From Mobula hypostoma (Eukaryota): 64,000 bases of DNA. Below the pieces are notes generated by a model. It worked only from the letters and a program-made list of their open reading frames with translations. It did no database searches and had not been told where the DNA came from. Position numbers and translations under genes: made by a program. The DNA lies in NCBI RefSeq assembly GCF_963921235.1, contig NC_086097.1, positions 100,194,001-100,258,000 of the forward strand. Reading direction: 5' to 3'. Shown here in pieces: positions 26,042 to 39,213 of the stretch. The stretch's first letter is position 1. Each line of letters starts with the position of its first letter.

Positions 26042-26553
26042 ATTATCCTATACTTGGAAAGCTGTCTGTAGCATGAGTCAAGTTGTCAGCCAACTCAACT
26101 CTACACAAGATGATTTTTTTCAATGATGCATGAAGGCTGTACTTATCAGTGAAGACAGAAAGCCTTGCATCCAAGCGGTCCTTCGAGAAAAAGATTGCTC
26201 GGCATTCAGTGCTGTAGGCTGATGTCTGTAATCTTGCTGCAAAAGTCCCTGATTTAGCCTTCAAGGTGAGAGTGGTAGTTGTGTGGATGGTTTGTTGCCA
26301 CTGCATGGGAGACTGATGAGTGTATCCTCCACGGAAACTGGTCAGAAAGCTTTTGTGAATCAAATTTCACACACAGTTCCATTCTATATAATGGCTGTGT
26401 TGTTACGTGCTCACAAATGAACCGACTCTGGTAAGAGCACACTGATACATAGTCCAGTTTATCGGCGTGAGTCATTTTAATTTTAGGCTGGTGATATTTT
26501 CTATAGGTCTTTGTTAATGATCTGAAGCTTGAATATTTCAGCCTATGAATATG

Positions 26554-26690
26554 GAGTTAGTGTAACCCCGGGCCCTAATTGCAGTAATGCATGTTACAAC
26601 TTGTGTGCATTCTCACTAACCGAGTTAGTGTAACCCTGGACCCTAATTGCAGTAATACATTGCATGTCACATCTTGTGTAGGATTCTCAC
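26554..26690. repeat. Two-copy tandem duplication of about 68 bp
   Basis: gagttagtgtaaccc...ccctaattgcagtaat...cttgtgt..attctcac begins at both 26554 and 26622. Confidence 0.85.
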
Positions 26691-26809
26691 CTTATTTTTT
26701 TTCCCAGTCTGATAGTCTGATATTAGACCAAAGGTGTTTGGATTGAAACAGCAGCTTTTACATTTCTCTCTGATTATATAAAAAATACAGACTGTTAAAA
26801 TACATCACG

Positions 26810-27080
26810 AAAAGAAATGCGAAGAAATTTTTTTAGCCAGAGGGTGGTGAATCTATGGAATTTGTTGCCACTGGCAGCAATGGAGGCTAAGTTGTTGGGT
26901 GTATTTAAGGCAGAGATTGATAGGTATCTGAGTAGCCAGGGCATCAAAGGTTTTGGTGAGAAGGCGGGGGAGTGGGACTAAATGGGAGAATGGATCAGTT
27001 CATGATAAAATGGCGGAGCAGACTCGATGGGCTGAATGGCCGACTTCTGCTCCTTTGTCTTATGGTCTTTTATGGTCTTC
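26810..27080 (+). mobile_element. CR1 3' end
   Basis: cagagggtggtgaatctatggaat motif and a (cttatggt)n tail. Confidence 0.75.
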
Positions 27081-28839
27081 ATTTATAAGGGTAAATTTTA
27101 TCGAAGAAGCTCTCCTCAAATAGCTTTATCTTTTATGAAATAGTTAGCCATTCAGACTTTGATATATATGCAGGAAATCGAAAGAATTCTTGACTTCCTT
27201 TGAACAGTCTCCACACTATAGAAAGCTTATAAAAGACTGCAGATTCTGGAGTTTGGCACAGTAGACAAGATGCTGGAGGAACTGAGCAAGTCTCGGTGCA
27301 TTTCGGGGGCAAAAGGAGCAGTTGACATTTTGGTTTGAGACTGAGAGAAATAGGAGAGATACCCTGTCTGAAAAGGTGAAGGGAGAGTGGAAATAGTGAC
27401 AGAGGCTGGGAGGTGACAAAAGGCTGTGGATGATGGAACCCTGATAGGAGAGGAAGGTGGAGCAGAGAACCCATTGAGGAAAGTGGAGGGGGCAGATGGG
27501 ATCAGTGGAGGGAGTGTGTGGGCAATGGACAGATGGAGTAGATGGAGAAGAGGAACGAGTAATATCTACATATGGTGTGTTGCTGGAGGAAGGATACGGT
27601 TGCACTGGAGAGAGTGCAGAGGAGCCCCACTGAGCTGTTGCCTGGATTTAGTTATGGGGGGGGGGAACAAATAGGCTGCTTGTTTTTCCTGCCGTGAAAG
27701 AAGTTCAGGCATGTCAGATTATGAGCATGAGCAAGAGAAAATCTGCTGATGCTGGAAATCCAAGCAGCAAATCCTGCTGGAGGAACTCAGCAAGCCAGGC
27801 AAAGCGTACAGTCAATGTTTCAGGCTGGGTTCTGGACGTAGATGGGGTAGATGATCATTCTTTTTTCCATAGTAAGGATAGCAAAGACAGAAGGGCACAG
27901 GTTTAATGTGGGGTGGGGGAAGTTATAAATGGTATCTTGCTGAATGTGGGTCTTCCTGTTCCCCTCCCCATTGGTAGTAACAAGAAGAGAGCATGTCACA
28001 GGTCCTGCATGATGGACACCACCTTCTTGGAGATGTCCTCGTTGGTGGGGAGGATTGTGTCCGTGATGCAGGTGAATGGGTCTGCAACTCTTGTGACCCT
28101 GTGCATTGGAGCCTCTGTTCCAGGCCGTGCTGCAGCCAGTCAGAACGTGCAGTCTCCTCTGTACATCTGTAGGAATTTACAAGAGTCTTTGACGCATCTC
28201 AGTCTCTTTAATTGATATGTTGGGTGTATATAGCGTCACAGTGTATCTTTAAATTTTTCCAGTCTTTAACTGAATTTCAAAATGCCTTCTGCCTTTTACA
28301 ATCTCCACATCACTGAGGGTTTTCAATATTAACCTTTAGAAGTACATTTTTCCATACTAGCAGCATTTAATGATTTTGGTACCAATACTCAAATGGATTC
28401 TTGTATTCTACCTCTGGTATTTCAGTGATCCTTAATGCTTTGAATTTGTCACCTCAATTTCCTCCCACTGCTGACGTGCATCCACTGAAACTTCAGCTGT
28501 CCCGCTCAAAATCTGCTCTATAAGTTAAACTTGAGTACAAAAATCTGTAAGTTAATTGCCTTTTAAAAAATTAATTCAAAGGATGTGGGCTTTGCGAGCT
28601 GAACCAGCAGACACCCAGAAAAACACTTAACTATGTTGAACACATGTGAGTGAGTGTGTGTCTGTTTGTCTGTGTCTATAATGTATGCCCCTGCATCAGC
28701 AGTTCAATTTAAGTCCCTGCTCACAGGCCTGACAGCTGGGTTCATTTCACAATTGAGGTGTGCCGTTGAATCACTGAAATCCTCGTGGTCTTTGTGAAAA
28801 TAATTTGCTCTTTGCTGAAGATGTTTATTGCGAAGTTAA

Positions 28840-29280
28840 CAGGGTCAGAACCAGATTTAATGTCACTCTCTACACAATGTGAAATTTTCTGTTTTGCAAT
28901 AGCAGTACAATGCAAAATCATAAAATTATCAGAAATTACAAAATAAATACTGCAAAAAAATGGCAATGAGGCAGTGTTCATAGGTTCATGGAGCATTCAG
29001 CCATCTGATGACAGAGAGGAAGAAGCTGTTCCTGAATTGTTGAGTGTGTGTCATAAGGCTCCTGTACCTCTTCCCTGATTATTAGTAAAACGAAAAGGGA
29101 GTGCCCTAGAAGGTGAGGCTGCTTCGCGTTGGATGCTACCTTCTTGCGGCACTGCATCTTGAAGCTGTCCTCGGTGGTGGGGAGGGTTGTGCCTGTGATG
29201 GAAATGGCTGAGCCCACAGCCCTTTGCAGCCTCTTGCGATGCTCTGCATTGGAGCCACTTTACCGGGCTGTGGTGTAACC
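28840..29280 (-). mobile_element. Rex1/Babar-like 3' fragment ending about 40 nt before the 29320 acceptor
   Basis: Peptide ISITGTTLPTTEDSFKMQCRKKVAS; similar to the other Rex-like copies. Confidence 0.65.
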
Positions 29281-29319
29281 ACCTTTGCTAAACGTACATT
29301 CCCCTTTCTTTAAATACAG

Positions 29320-29395
29320 ACACGTGGTGTAGGAGGGAAAAGAAAAACAGACTCCTCTTCCCAGGAAGATCACGATAAGCCATATGTCTGTGACA
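29320..29395 (+). CDS. DPF3: DPF3 coding exon (start of the C2H2 zinc finger), 76 nt
   Basis: Bounded by tacag| and |gtaagt. Translates TRGVGGKRKTDSSSQEDHDKPYVCD plus 1 nt. SQEDHDKPYVCD is diagnostic of DPF3. Confidence 0.95.
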
Positions 29396-29549
29396 GTAAG
29401 TAGCTTGTTGTGGTGCTTACAAGTGTGAACTTCCAGCTGCTTCTTCTGTTCCCTTTCTCTTGCATGTGTGAAAACCGTCTCATCTCCTCTCTGCTCTGTC
29501 TTCTGTGAAATTCACTCCTTTTTCTCTTTTTTCTTCTTCTCTGTTTCAG

Positions 29550-29591
29550 ATAGTTTCAAACAAAAGCATAACTCAAAAACATCTGACAAAG
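29550..29591 (+). CDS. DPF3: DPF3 alternative 42-nt cassette microexon inside the C2H2 finger
   Basis: Long pyrimidine tract ending tttcag|, donor |gtacta. Phase 1-1 and frame-preserving. Gives NSFKQKHNSKTSDKV, resembling the known d4-family insert (DPF2 NSFKQKHTSK...). Confidence 0.88.
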
Positions 29592-29832
29592 GTACTATGC
29601 AGTTGCCGATTTAGTCTATGAGTAACTGGGCATAGACTGCAGCTGTGGTGATTTGCTTCTTGCCTGTTTTTAATTTACCTTCTTGTGTACTCTTTTTATT
29701 CATAATATATCCTTGAATACTTCACTCTACTAAAACAATTAGTCGTTTGAAAAAAAAAGAATGAGTTTATAGTAACTGAGAATGATTTTACATGAGTAAT
29801 GTGCCACTGTTTGGTCTTTCCTTTGTTTCCAG

Positions 29833-29970
29833 TCTGTGGCAAGCGATACAAGAATCGCCCTGGGCTTAGCTATCACTATGCTCATACGCATTTAGCTGAC
29901 GAGGAAGGAGACGACGACCAAGATTCGGAGCCTTGTTCACCATCTGTCCTGAAAAGTGACGGGCATAAAT
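29833..29970 (+). CDS. DPF3: DPF3 coding exon (rest of the C2H2 finger plus acidic linker), 138 nt
   Basis: Bounded by tttccag| and |gtaagc. Translates (I/V)[45 protein letters not shown]. Confidence 0.97.
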
Positions 29971-31519
29971 GTAAGCTGAGCCCAGTTCCCGAGCCACACC
30001 AGTGTTTGGATTATCTGAAAAATCCGTACTGCCGTCTCCCATACTCACTGATCGAAAGCCTACGTTTCTCTGACCACGTCATAAGCCCGCACTTAATTTT
30101 ACACTGGAGCTTCTGGCTGAAGTTAAAGTGCTTTTCTTTCTAAGCATTTGCCAGAAACGCTGAGCAGAGGGAGTTTTAGTGCTTCACAGTGACGACACAG
30201 TAGTTAATTCACTAGACTAACAGTCCTCAGGGCCTGGTTAATATCTCAGCAGGGAGGGCAATGTTATTTCAATTCTCTTTGATAATCTGGAATTTAGTAA
30301 AACAAAAGAAGTATTTTTCATCACAAAAACTGCCCAATTGTTGTTTAAAATACTATATGTTTCACTAATGTCCTTCAAGGGAGGAAATCCGCCACCCTTT
30401 CCCAACATTGGCCTGGATGTGACTCCAGGCCCAGCCAGCAAGGTTGACTATTAAGTATTGCTATTGGTGTATTATTGTCACACGTGCGGAGGTGCAGTAA
30501 GAAGCCTTTGTCTGCGTGCCATCCAGGCAGATCATGCCATACCTAAGTACATTAAGGTGGTAAAAAGGCAAACAGAATGCAGAGTATTGTGTTGCAGCTA
30601 CAGAGAAAGTGCAGTGCCAGTGAACAAATAAAGTGCAAGGGCCACCATGAGGTAGATTGGGAGATCAGCAAGTCCAGAGTCTGAAAACAGTCAGATAGAA
30701 ACTGCCCTTGAGCCTGGTCGGAAGTGTTCTCAAACTTTTGTATCTTCTGCTCAAGTTCAAATTTACCATCATAGGCCTACATAGCCAGGGCATAAATGCC
30801 ATGATAACAGCAGCAGCACTGTGTATTACGAAATGTAAAATTATATTAATGTAATTTATAAATATGACAAATAAACATAACAACATTTGTGCAAGTTGAG
30901 AAAGAGCAAACAAATAGAATCCAAGGGATTGTTTTATTTAAATATGTTCAAGACTATTTCAAGTTAGTTCAAGAAGTTGATGGCAATGGGAAGAGTTCTC
31001 CCTGATGGAAGAGCGAGAAGAGAGAGTGACTGGAGTAGAAGGAACCCTTGATTATTTTGGCTGCCTTCCCAAACAGCAGGAAGTGTAGCTATCCTCTAAA
31101 GTCGCCCAGCAAGCCTTTTAGTTGCAGGTAGTGAACTGCACAATCTCGAGGACAATTATGAAAGAGTAGCTGTGGAAAGGCAGTAAATGCTGGTCTTTCC
31201 CCTGACACTGACATCCTGAAAGATGGCAAAAATGACTAACATTAAAGTAAAAGAGTTCTTGCACAAATGCACTACGGCAGCAAGCAATAGTTTCTAACTG
31301 AGGTTGGTGAAATTGTGGTATTTAGGTACGACTGGTTCAATTTAGGAACAGTTAATCTTTACTGCCACCTATAATTGCAGCTCTGCATACCTTGATTTGT
31401 GATGAAAGCAATCTCATCAGATAACATTTCCTCTAAGCAAAGAACAAAGAGTTAATTATGAGATTAAACCGTGAGTATTCGTTAAATGTAGACTGAAGTA
31501 CTGTTGTGCTGCGCGCGCG

Positions 31520-31543
31520 ACACACACTCTCTCTCTCTCTCTC

Positions 31544-31605
<62 letters not shown>

Positions 31606-31609
31606 ACAG

Positions 31610-31654
<45 letters not shown>
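31520..31654. repeat. (CT)n(CA)n microsatellite
   Basis: Read directly from the sequence. Confidence 0.97.
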
Positions 31655-31656
<2 letters not shown>

Positions 31657-33439
31657 ATTGCAATATTGCTGGGAGCTTTTGAGAGCTGGAGAAACCCTTG
31701 CTGCCCTAAGCAGAAGTCACTTAATGAGGTCTGACTGGAAGATGCAGCATTTGACAGTTCGGCAGTGACAGCACGGATTGAGTTGAGGAGGATTAAGGAG
31801 AAGTGGTTAGGTGAGGGGGAGTCTGAGGAATTGTCTTGGGGGCAGCAGACAGCTGAATATTGATCAGTTTTTGCTCAAGTAAGCAAGGTCATGGACTGAT
31901 TACTTGCACCATCAAAATGACTGAAGGAAGTTGAGGGTAGGTGTGATGATTGTCCTGATTAGCCTGTTACTATAGTAACCACACAGACTTGAACGTAGGA
32001 CTGTATAGCAGCAGCTAAAAATAATTTATTTTGCTCAGCTGCATCCTTTTTTAGAAACCTTGTTTTGATAGCTCACTGTGTGTCAGCTATCAGCAGTGAC
32101 TACTTTGCAATAGTCCTGTATGTAAAGCCGGCTGGCAAAGCACAGAGGCAAGAATGTGGACCTCAGTTCCGAAGGAATTCGTGCCCATGCCCTTTAGTGT
32201 TGTAAAGCTTACACTTGCTGATAGGTGTCTGACAAGGAGAAGGCATCCAGTCAGGTGTGACAGCCAGCAACTGGGTGCTTCCAAATGGTGAATGTAGAAT
32301 GTTGCCTTACATGCAAAAGAAAAATGTTCACCCTCTATTTACAGATAAATGCAGTTTATCATATTGCTGCCTTGAGCTGTTATTCATATCTAGAGAAAGT
32401 TGAATGTCTACTTAATAGCGGTGTAGCTGATCAAGAATTGCTAACTTATGTTTCATTTCTTTCCTTTTGAATTCCTCCAATTTATACTGGACTCCCCAGA
32501 GTAATGTGCTCCTTGTTAGTGTCTGTTTACCCCTCTGACAGACTTCTTCCTCCTTTTCTTTAGCTTCCACGTGGTCAATTTTATCCTTGTTTTTAAAGAA
32601 TCACTAGTTGCAGCACAGAAGGAGGGAGTTTCACCATAGAATCTATGCCAACTGTAAACAAGAGCAATCCAGCCAGACCCACTTGCCCAGCATAACCTCA
32701 CCGCCCTTTGTTCATTGTTTGCGGTTACTTATCCAGTGTGCTTTGTATCTTCCATTTGAACCTGCCTCCATTGTCTCTGGCTGGTCATTCTAGAACCTAA
32801 TCACTCACTGCGTTTATTCCCTGTAGGAAATACTTCATATTTCTTCAATTCAGTTCCTTTAAAACTTTTGCTTTTGCCTCAAAAGTGCACAATTTTTTTG
32901 TGTTAGCACTCCCTTGTTTTTGTGGTGGCACTGTTTCTACTTTGAAAGATCCCATTTGCAAAGAATTCGTTTTAATGCTTGTTATTAAGCCCAAATAGGA
33001 AAAATACAAGGTTATCCAAAGACAGAAATACTGAGTACTTTTTAACTTGGGAAAGGTCGGAAAATAATGATGTTCAAAAGGGCCTGGGTATCCTTTATGT
33101 AAGAGTCACTGAAATGTAACTTTACAGGCAACTAAGAAGGCAAATGGTATCTTGGCCTTTATTACAAGAGAATCTGAGTGTCAGAGTAAAGGCACCTCAC
33201 TTTTGATTATATAGGGCCAGAGTGAGAGCACACCTGGAACACTGTGCATAGCTTTTGTTTTGTTACCGTGAAGAAGAATATTCTTGTGGTAGAAACAGTG
33301 TAGTGAAGGTTTCTGGAATGATAAGTCCAAAATATATGGAGCGATTAGATAGACCTGGTAGATATTCTCAGGAGTTTAGACCTCATGGAGACAAATAAAA
33401 TTTAGGACAAAATTAGGAATCAAAAGGTTGAACATGGTG

Positions 33440-36215
33440 TGAATCGAATGGGATTGAATTGAAAGGACAGGCAGGAGGGCAGAGAGGGCGGTGTTGCTCT
33501 GTTGGTAAAAATGAAATCACATCATTAGAAAAAGATGAAATAGGGTTGGAAGGTGTTGGATCATTGTGGATGGCGCTAAGGAACTGCAAGGGTAAAAAGA
33601 CCCTGATGGGAGTTGTATACAGAGTCCCAAACAGTAGTAAGGATGTTGTCTACAAATTACAATTGGAGATAGAAGATGGATGTCAAAAGGGCAATGTTAC
33701 AATAGTCAAGGGGAACTTCAGTATGCAGGTAGATTGGGAAAATCGGATTGGTGCTGGATTCCAGGAGGAGGAATTTCTAGAGTGCCTACAAGATGGCTTT
33801 TTAGAGCAGCTTGTGGTTGAGCCCACTAGGGGATCAGCTATTCTGGATTGGGTGTTGTGTAATGAACCAGAATTGATTAGAGAGCTTAAGGTAGAAGAAC
33901 TGTTGGGGGAAAGTGATCATACTATGATTGAATTTACCCTGAAATTTGAGAAGGGGAAACTAAAGTCAGGTGTATCAATATCACAGTGGAGTAAAAGGAA
34001 TTACAGATGCATGAGAGAGGAGTTGGCCAGAATTGACTGGAAGAGAACACTGGCAGAGATGACGGCAGAGCAGTGATGGCTGAAATTTCTGGAAGCAATT
34101 CAGAAGGCACAGGATATATACATCCCAAAGAGGGAGAAGTATCCTAAAGGAAAGATGACACAATCATGGCTAACAAGAGAAGTCAAAGCCAACATGAAAG
34201 CCAAAGAGAGGGCGTATAATAGAGCAAAAATTAGTGGGAAGTTAGAGGATTGGGAAGCTTTTAAAAGCCAACAAAAGGCAACTAAAAAAATTAATTAAGA
34301 AGGAAAAGATTATATGCAAAAGTAAGCTAGTCAATAATATTAAAGAGGATGCCAAAAGTTTCTTCAGATACATGAAGTGTAAAAGAGAGGCGAGAGTGGA
34401 TATTGAACCATCAGAATATGATGCAGAGACGTTGTAATGGGGAACAATGTAATAGCGGATGAACTGAATAAGTATTTTGCAGCAGCTTTCACTGTAGAAG
34501 ATATCAGCAGCATGGTGGAAGCTCCAGGTGTCAGGGGAAATGAAGTGTGTGAAGTTGCCATTACTAGGGAGAAGGTTCTCGGGAAACTGAAAGGTCTGAA
34601 GGTAGGTAAGTCGCCTGGACCAGATGGTGTACACCCCAGAGTTCAGGAAGAGGTGACTGAAGAGATCGTGAAGGCATTAGTAATGAACTTCCAAGATTCT
34701 GGAATGGTTTCAGAAGACCGCAAAATTAGAAATCTCACTCCACTCTTCAAGAAGGGAGAGAGGCAGAAGAAAGGAAACTATCGGCCAGTTAGTCTGACCT
34801 CAGTGGTTGGGAAGATGTTGGAGTTACTTATTAAGAATGAGGTCTCAGGATACTTGGAGGCACATGATAAAATAGGCCACAGTCAGCATGGTTTCCTCAA
34901 GGGAACATATTGCCTGACAATTCTGTTGGAATTTTTTGAAGAAGTAACAAGCAGGATATAACAAATATTATAATAAAATAAATATAAAAGGATATACAAA
35001 ATAACAAAGGTTGATGTTGTGTACTTGGATTTTCAGAAGGCCTTTGACAAGGTGCCACACATGAGGCTGCTTAACAAGCTTATGAGCCCATGGTATTACA
35101 GAAAGATTTTAGCATGGATAAAGCAGTGGCTGATTGGCAGGAGGTAAAGAATGGGAGTAAAGGGAGACTTTTCTGGCTGGCTGCCGGTGACTTGTGGTTT
35201 TCCACAGGGGTCTGTGATGGGACTAATTCTTTTTACATTCTATGTCAATGATTTAAATGAAGGAATTGATGGCTTTGTTGAAAAGTTTTCAGACGATATG
35301 AAGGTAAATGGAGGGGCAGGTAGTTTTTAGGAAATAGGGAGGGTGCAGAAGGACTTACGCAGATTTGGAGAATGGGCAAAGAAATGGCAGGTGAAATACA
35401 GTGTCGGGAAGTGTATGGTCATGCACTTTGGTAAAAGAAATAAAAGCTTAGACTATTTTCAAAACAGGGAGAAAATTCAAAAAATCTGAGCTGCAAAGGG
35501 ACTTGGGAGTCCTTCTGCAGGATTCCCTAAAGGTTAATTTGCAGACTGAGTCTGTGGTGAGGAAGGCAAATGCAATGTTAGTATTCATTTCAAGAGGACT
35601 GGAATATAGAAGCAAGGATGTAATGTTGAGACTTTATAAAGCACTGGTCAGGCCTCATTTGGAGTATTGTGAGCAGTTTTGTACCCTTATCTTCAAAGAG
35701 ATGTGCTGAATCTGGAGAGGGTTCAAAAGAGGTTCACAAAAATGATCCCAGGATTGAATGGCTTGTCAAAGGAAGAGCGTTAGATGCCTCTGGGCCTGTG
35801 TTCACTAGATTCAGAAGAATAATGGGTGACCTAATTGAAACCTATTAAATGATGAAAGGCCTTGACAGAGTGGATGTGAAGAGGATGATTTCTATGGAGG
35901 GAGAGTCTAAGATCAGAGAACACAGCTTCAGAATAGAGGGGTGTCCTTTTAAAACAGAGATGAGAAAGAATTTCTTTAGGCCAAGAGCGCTAAATCTGTG
36001 GAAGTCTTTGCCATAGGCGGCTGTGGAGGCCAAGTCTGTATGTATATTAAAGGCAGAGGTTGATAGATTCTTCATTGGTCAGGGCATGAAGGGATATGGG
36101 GAGAAGGCAGGGGATTGGGGCTGAGAGGAAAATTGGATCAGCCATGATGAAATGATGGAGAGGACTCAATGGATCAAATGGCCTAATTCTGCTTCTATAT
36201 CTTATGGTTTTATGT
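33440..36215 (+). mobile_element. CR1 LINE ORF2, decayed (APE endonuclease through RT to 3' tail)
   Basis: Peptides GVVYRVPNS, EPTRGSAILDWVLCN, SDH (APE), YRPVSLTSVVGK and LVRPHLEYC, with many stops; (cttatggt)-like tail. Confidence 0.92.
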
Positions 36216-36782
36216 CTAAAATTCTTAGACGGCTCAACAGCGTAGATATGGGGAGGATGTTTGCCCGTGCTGGAAACTGAGGCTACAGTTTGAGAATGAG
36301 GAGAAGATCATTTAGGACTAACACAAAGTGAAGTTGGGAGTGAAACTTTCAAACTCGCTAATCTAAGGGCTGTCACTGAGCAGATCTGTAGATTTCCGGA
36401 TATAAGGATGTTTGGAGAGGACAGCAAGGAAGAGAAGCAGTAATACTATTGTTTAAAGCAGAGCAGACACAAAGCAACAAATTTCAGCTCCAGTTTGTTA
36501 TGTCACGTTTCAGAAAGGGCTTGCACGCACAGTCCCTGCTCCTCCAGAGCTGTGTTAGAGTGCCGACTGCTGCCCTCACCAGCAATCTTCTGCGTCCTGG
36601 AGTCCAGTTAGCAGTGAGAGCTTGGCCAGGGAGGGAGGAGGGCAGACTTCCCTTTAGCAAGAGGCTGTCAATCAGAGGGAATGGTTGGAGTTGAACTTTG
36701 TCACTGATGAAGAGAGAAGAGTATGTTTCTCATCTTCCTCCCCCAGCCCACCACACCTCACATTTCCCTCGAGTGAGACATA

Positions 36783-37300
36783 CACTCGGCGGCCACTTTA
36801 CCAGTTGCACCTGCTCATTTACGCAAACATCTAATCGACCAAACACATGGCAGCAACTCAATGTATAAAGGCATGTAGACATGGTCAAGAGGTTCAGACC
36901 AAACATCAGAATGGGCAAAAAATGTGATCCAAGTGACTTTGACTGTGGAATGATCGTTGGTGCCAAACAGGGTGGTTTGAGTATCTCAGGAGCTGCTGAT
37001 CACCTGGGATTTTCATGCACAACAGTTTCTAGTTTACAGAGAATGGTGCGAGAAACAAAAAAATCCAGTTTTGCAGGTGAAAATGTGTTGTTAATGAGAG
37101 AGGCAGGGGAGAATGGTCAGACTGGTTGAAGATGACAGGAAGATGCCAATAACCCAAATAACCACATGTTATAATAGTGGTGTGCAGAGCAGCATCTCTG
37201 AATGCACAGCACGTTGAACCTTGAAGTGGATGGGCTACTGCAGCAGAAGACCATGAACACACACTCAGTGGCCACTTTATTTAGTGCAGAAGATACCTAA
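36783..37300 (+). mobile_element. Non-autonomous Tc1 derivative
   Basis: TA|cactcggcggccacttta TIR-like end. Peptide MGKKCDPSDFDCGMIVGAKQGGLSISGAADHLGFS is a Tc1 paired-like HTH. Confidence 0.8.
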
Positions 37301-37769
37301 TGTAGCCTGTTTGGAGCCTCTTGGTTTAGTGTCCCATCCTTCATTGCTCGAGTCACTTATTCTTGTTCCTGTTAGCAAGTCCAGTTGTTACTCAACATTG
37401 TTCCGGTGTTACTGTAGCTCGCTAAACCTGCGAGGGCTAAGTAATGGAACATGTTGCTGTGTGAGCCACAGATCCCCAGGTGCAGAGCAACAGGCGCCTG
37501 TGTGAATTGACTCTGTTTACCTCTTCTGTCCCCATGCTCCAGCCCTTGCACTGTTAATGAGCTAGCTGTGTCATTTGATATCTGCAACCTACTCTTCTGG
37601 GCCACGTAATAAAATCATCTGACGCGAAATACTGGAAACAGTTATATTGTAGGGTGGTGTGGACATTGTTGGCGAGACCACCAGTTCCCTACAATTTCTG
37701 GCCAGTCTGCATTGTTCATTACTCTAATGGGCTGAAACAAGAAGGGTTTGTTATTGGGTGTCTTGTCAT

Positions 37770-38660
37770 TCAAGTTCAAGTTTATTGTCATAGGAATTCA
37801 TCCAGGGGGTATAAATGACAGCACAGTACACTGCAAGATGAGGCCAACCCTAAATTAACATAAATTATACTAAACTTACACATGTGTAAACTAACTAAAA
37901 ATAATCATAACAATATTCGTGCAAGATTGAGAGAGAGCAAACAAAATATAGTCTCAAGTCATGTTAGGATTTTTCCAGTGGCTTCGAGGACTGATGTTAT
38001 TGGGAAAGGAGCTGTGGTTGAACTTTAAGGCTTGGGTCTCCAGGCTTCTGCACCTCCTGCCTGATGGCAGCAATGAGAAGGTGGCAATGCCTGGGTGCAG
38101 AGGGTCCCTGCTTGTCAAAGTTCAAAGTAAATTTATTATCAAAGCACATATATATGTCACCGTATGCAACCCTGAGATTTATTTTCTTGTGGGCATACTC
38201 AAATCCATAATAGAATAATAACCATAACCGAATCAGTGAAAGACCGTACCAACTTGGGCATTCAAGCAGTGTGAAACAATGCCAATACAAATAGAAAGAA
38301 ATAATAATAATAAATAAATAAGCAATAATTATCGCAAACATGAGTTGAAGGGTCCTTGAGAGTGAGTCCATTGGTTGTAGGAATAGTTCAGTGATGGGGC
38401 AAGTGAAGTTGAGCAAAGTTATCCCCTCTGGTTCAAGAGCCTGATGGTTGAGGGGTCGTAACTGTTCCTGAAGCTGGTGGTGTGAGTCCAGAGGCTCCTA
38501 TACCTACTTCCTGATAGCAGCAGTGAGAAGAGGGTTGAGCTGGGTGGTGGGAGGGTTCCCTGATGATGGATGCTGCTTTCCTGCAATAGCACTCCATGTA
38601 GATGTACTCGATGGTGGAGAGGGCTTTACCCGAGATGGACTAGGCTGTATGCAATACATA
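37770..38660 (-). mobile_element. Nested Rex1/Babar-like 3' tails
   Basis: Repeated caagttcaagtttatt / aaagttcaaagtaaatttatt termini followed by cttctgcacctcctgcctgatggcag motifs. Confidence 0.6.
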
Positions 38661-39213
38661 CAGCTGCAGAGGTTGAAGTTCTGTGCACTTCTGCAAGTCA
38701 CAGTTGCTTATCGTCTTAATTTAATGCATGCAGAGATAAGAGCCATGCCCTGAGAAGGACACAGAGGCCAAGAGTTATTGAGCTGTCTGGAAACAAATGG
38801 CTTGTTGTAACCTTGGCAAGGCTGTGTGACTGGTAGTATTATTTCTTTCAATGCTGTGAGTATTTAGAAGTGAACAAAGACTGGGGTTCTCTGTGATGGA
38901 GAAAGGACAATGTAGGTTGACAGGTGTATTAAGGAAGGTCGAGCACAAAGCATGATGTGCTTAGGTAGCGTTAACAAGATTACATGAAAGAGAAGCCACA
39001 AAGTTACAGGAAGGATGTGGAGGCTTTGAAGAGGATGCTGCCTGGATTAGAGGGTATGAACCATAAGGAGAGGTTCAATAAACGCGGGTTGTTTTCTCAG
39101 GACCGTTGTCGGCTGATGGGAGAACCTGATAGACATGTATAAAATTATGAGAGGCATAGGTAGGTCTGGTAGTCAGAATATTTTTGACAAAGTAGAAATG
39201 GCAACAAGTAGAG

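Noticed and set aside
29799..30143. Stand-alone 114-aa zinc-finger ORF (likewise 52293-52610, 12962-13150 and 55383-55601)
   Set aside because: These are DPF3 exons read through into intron; splice sites define the real limits.
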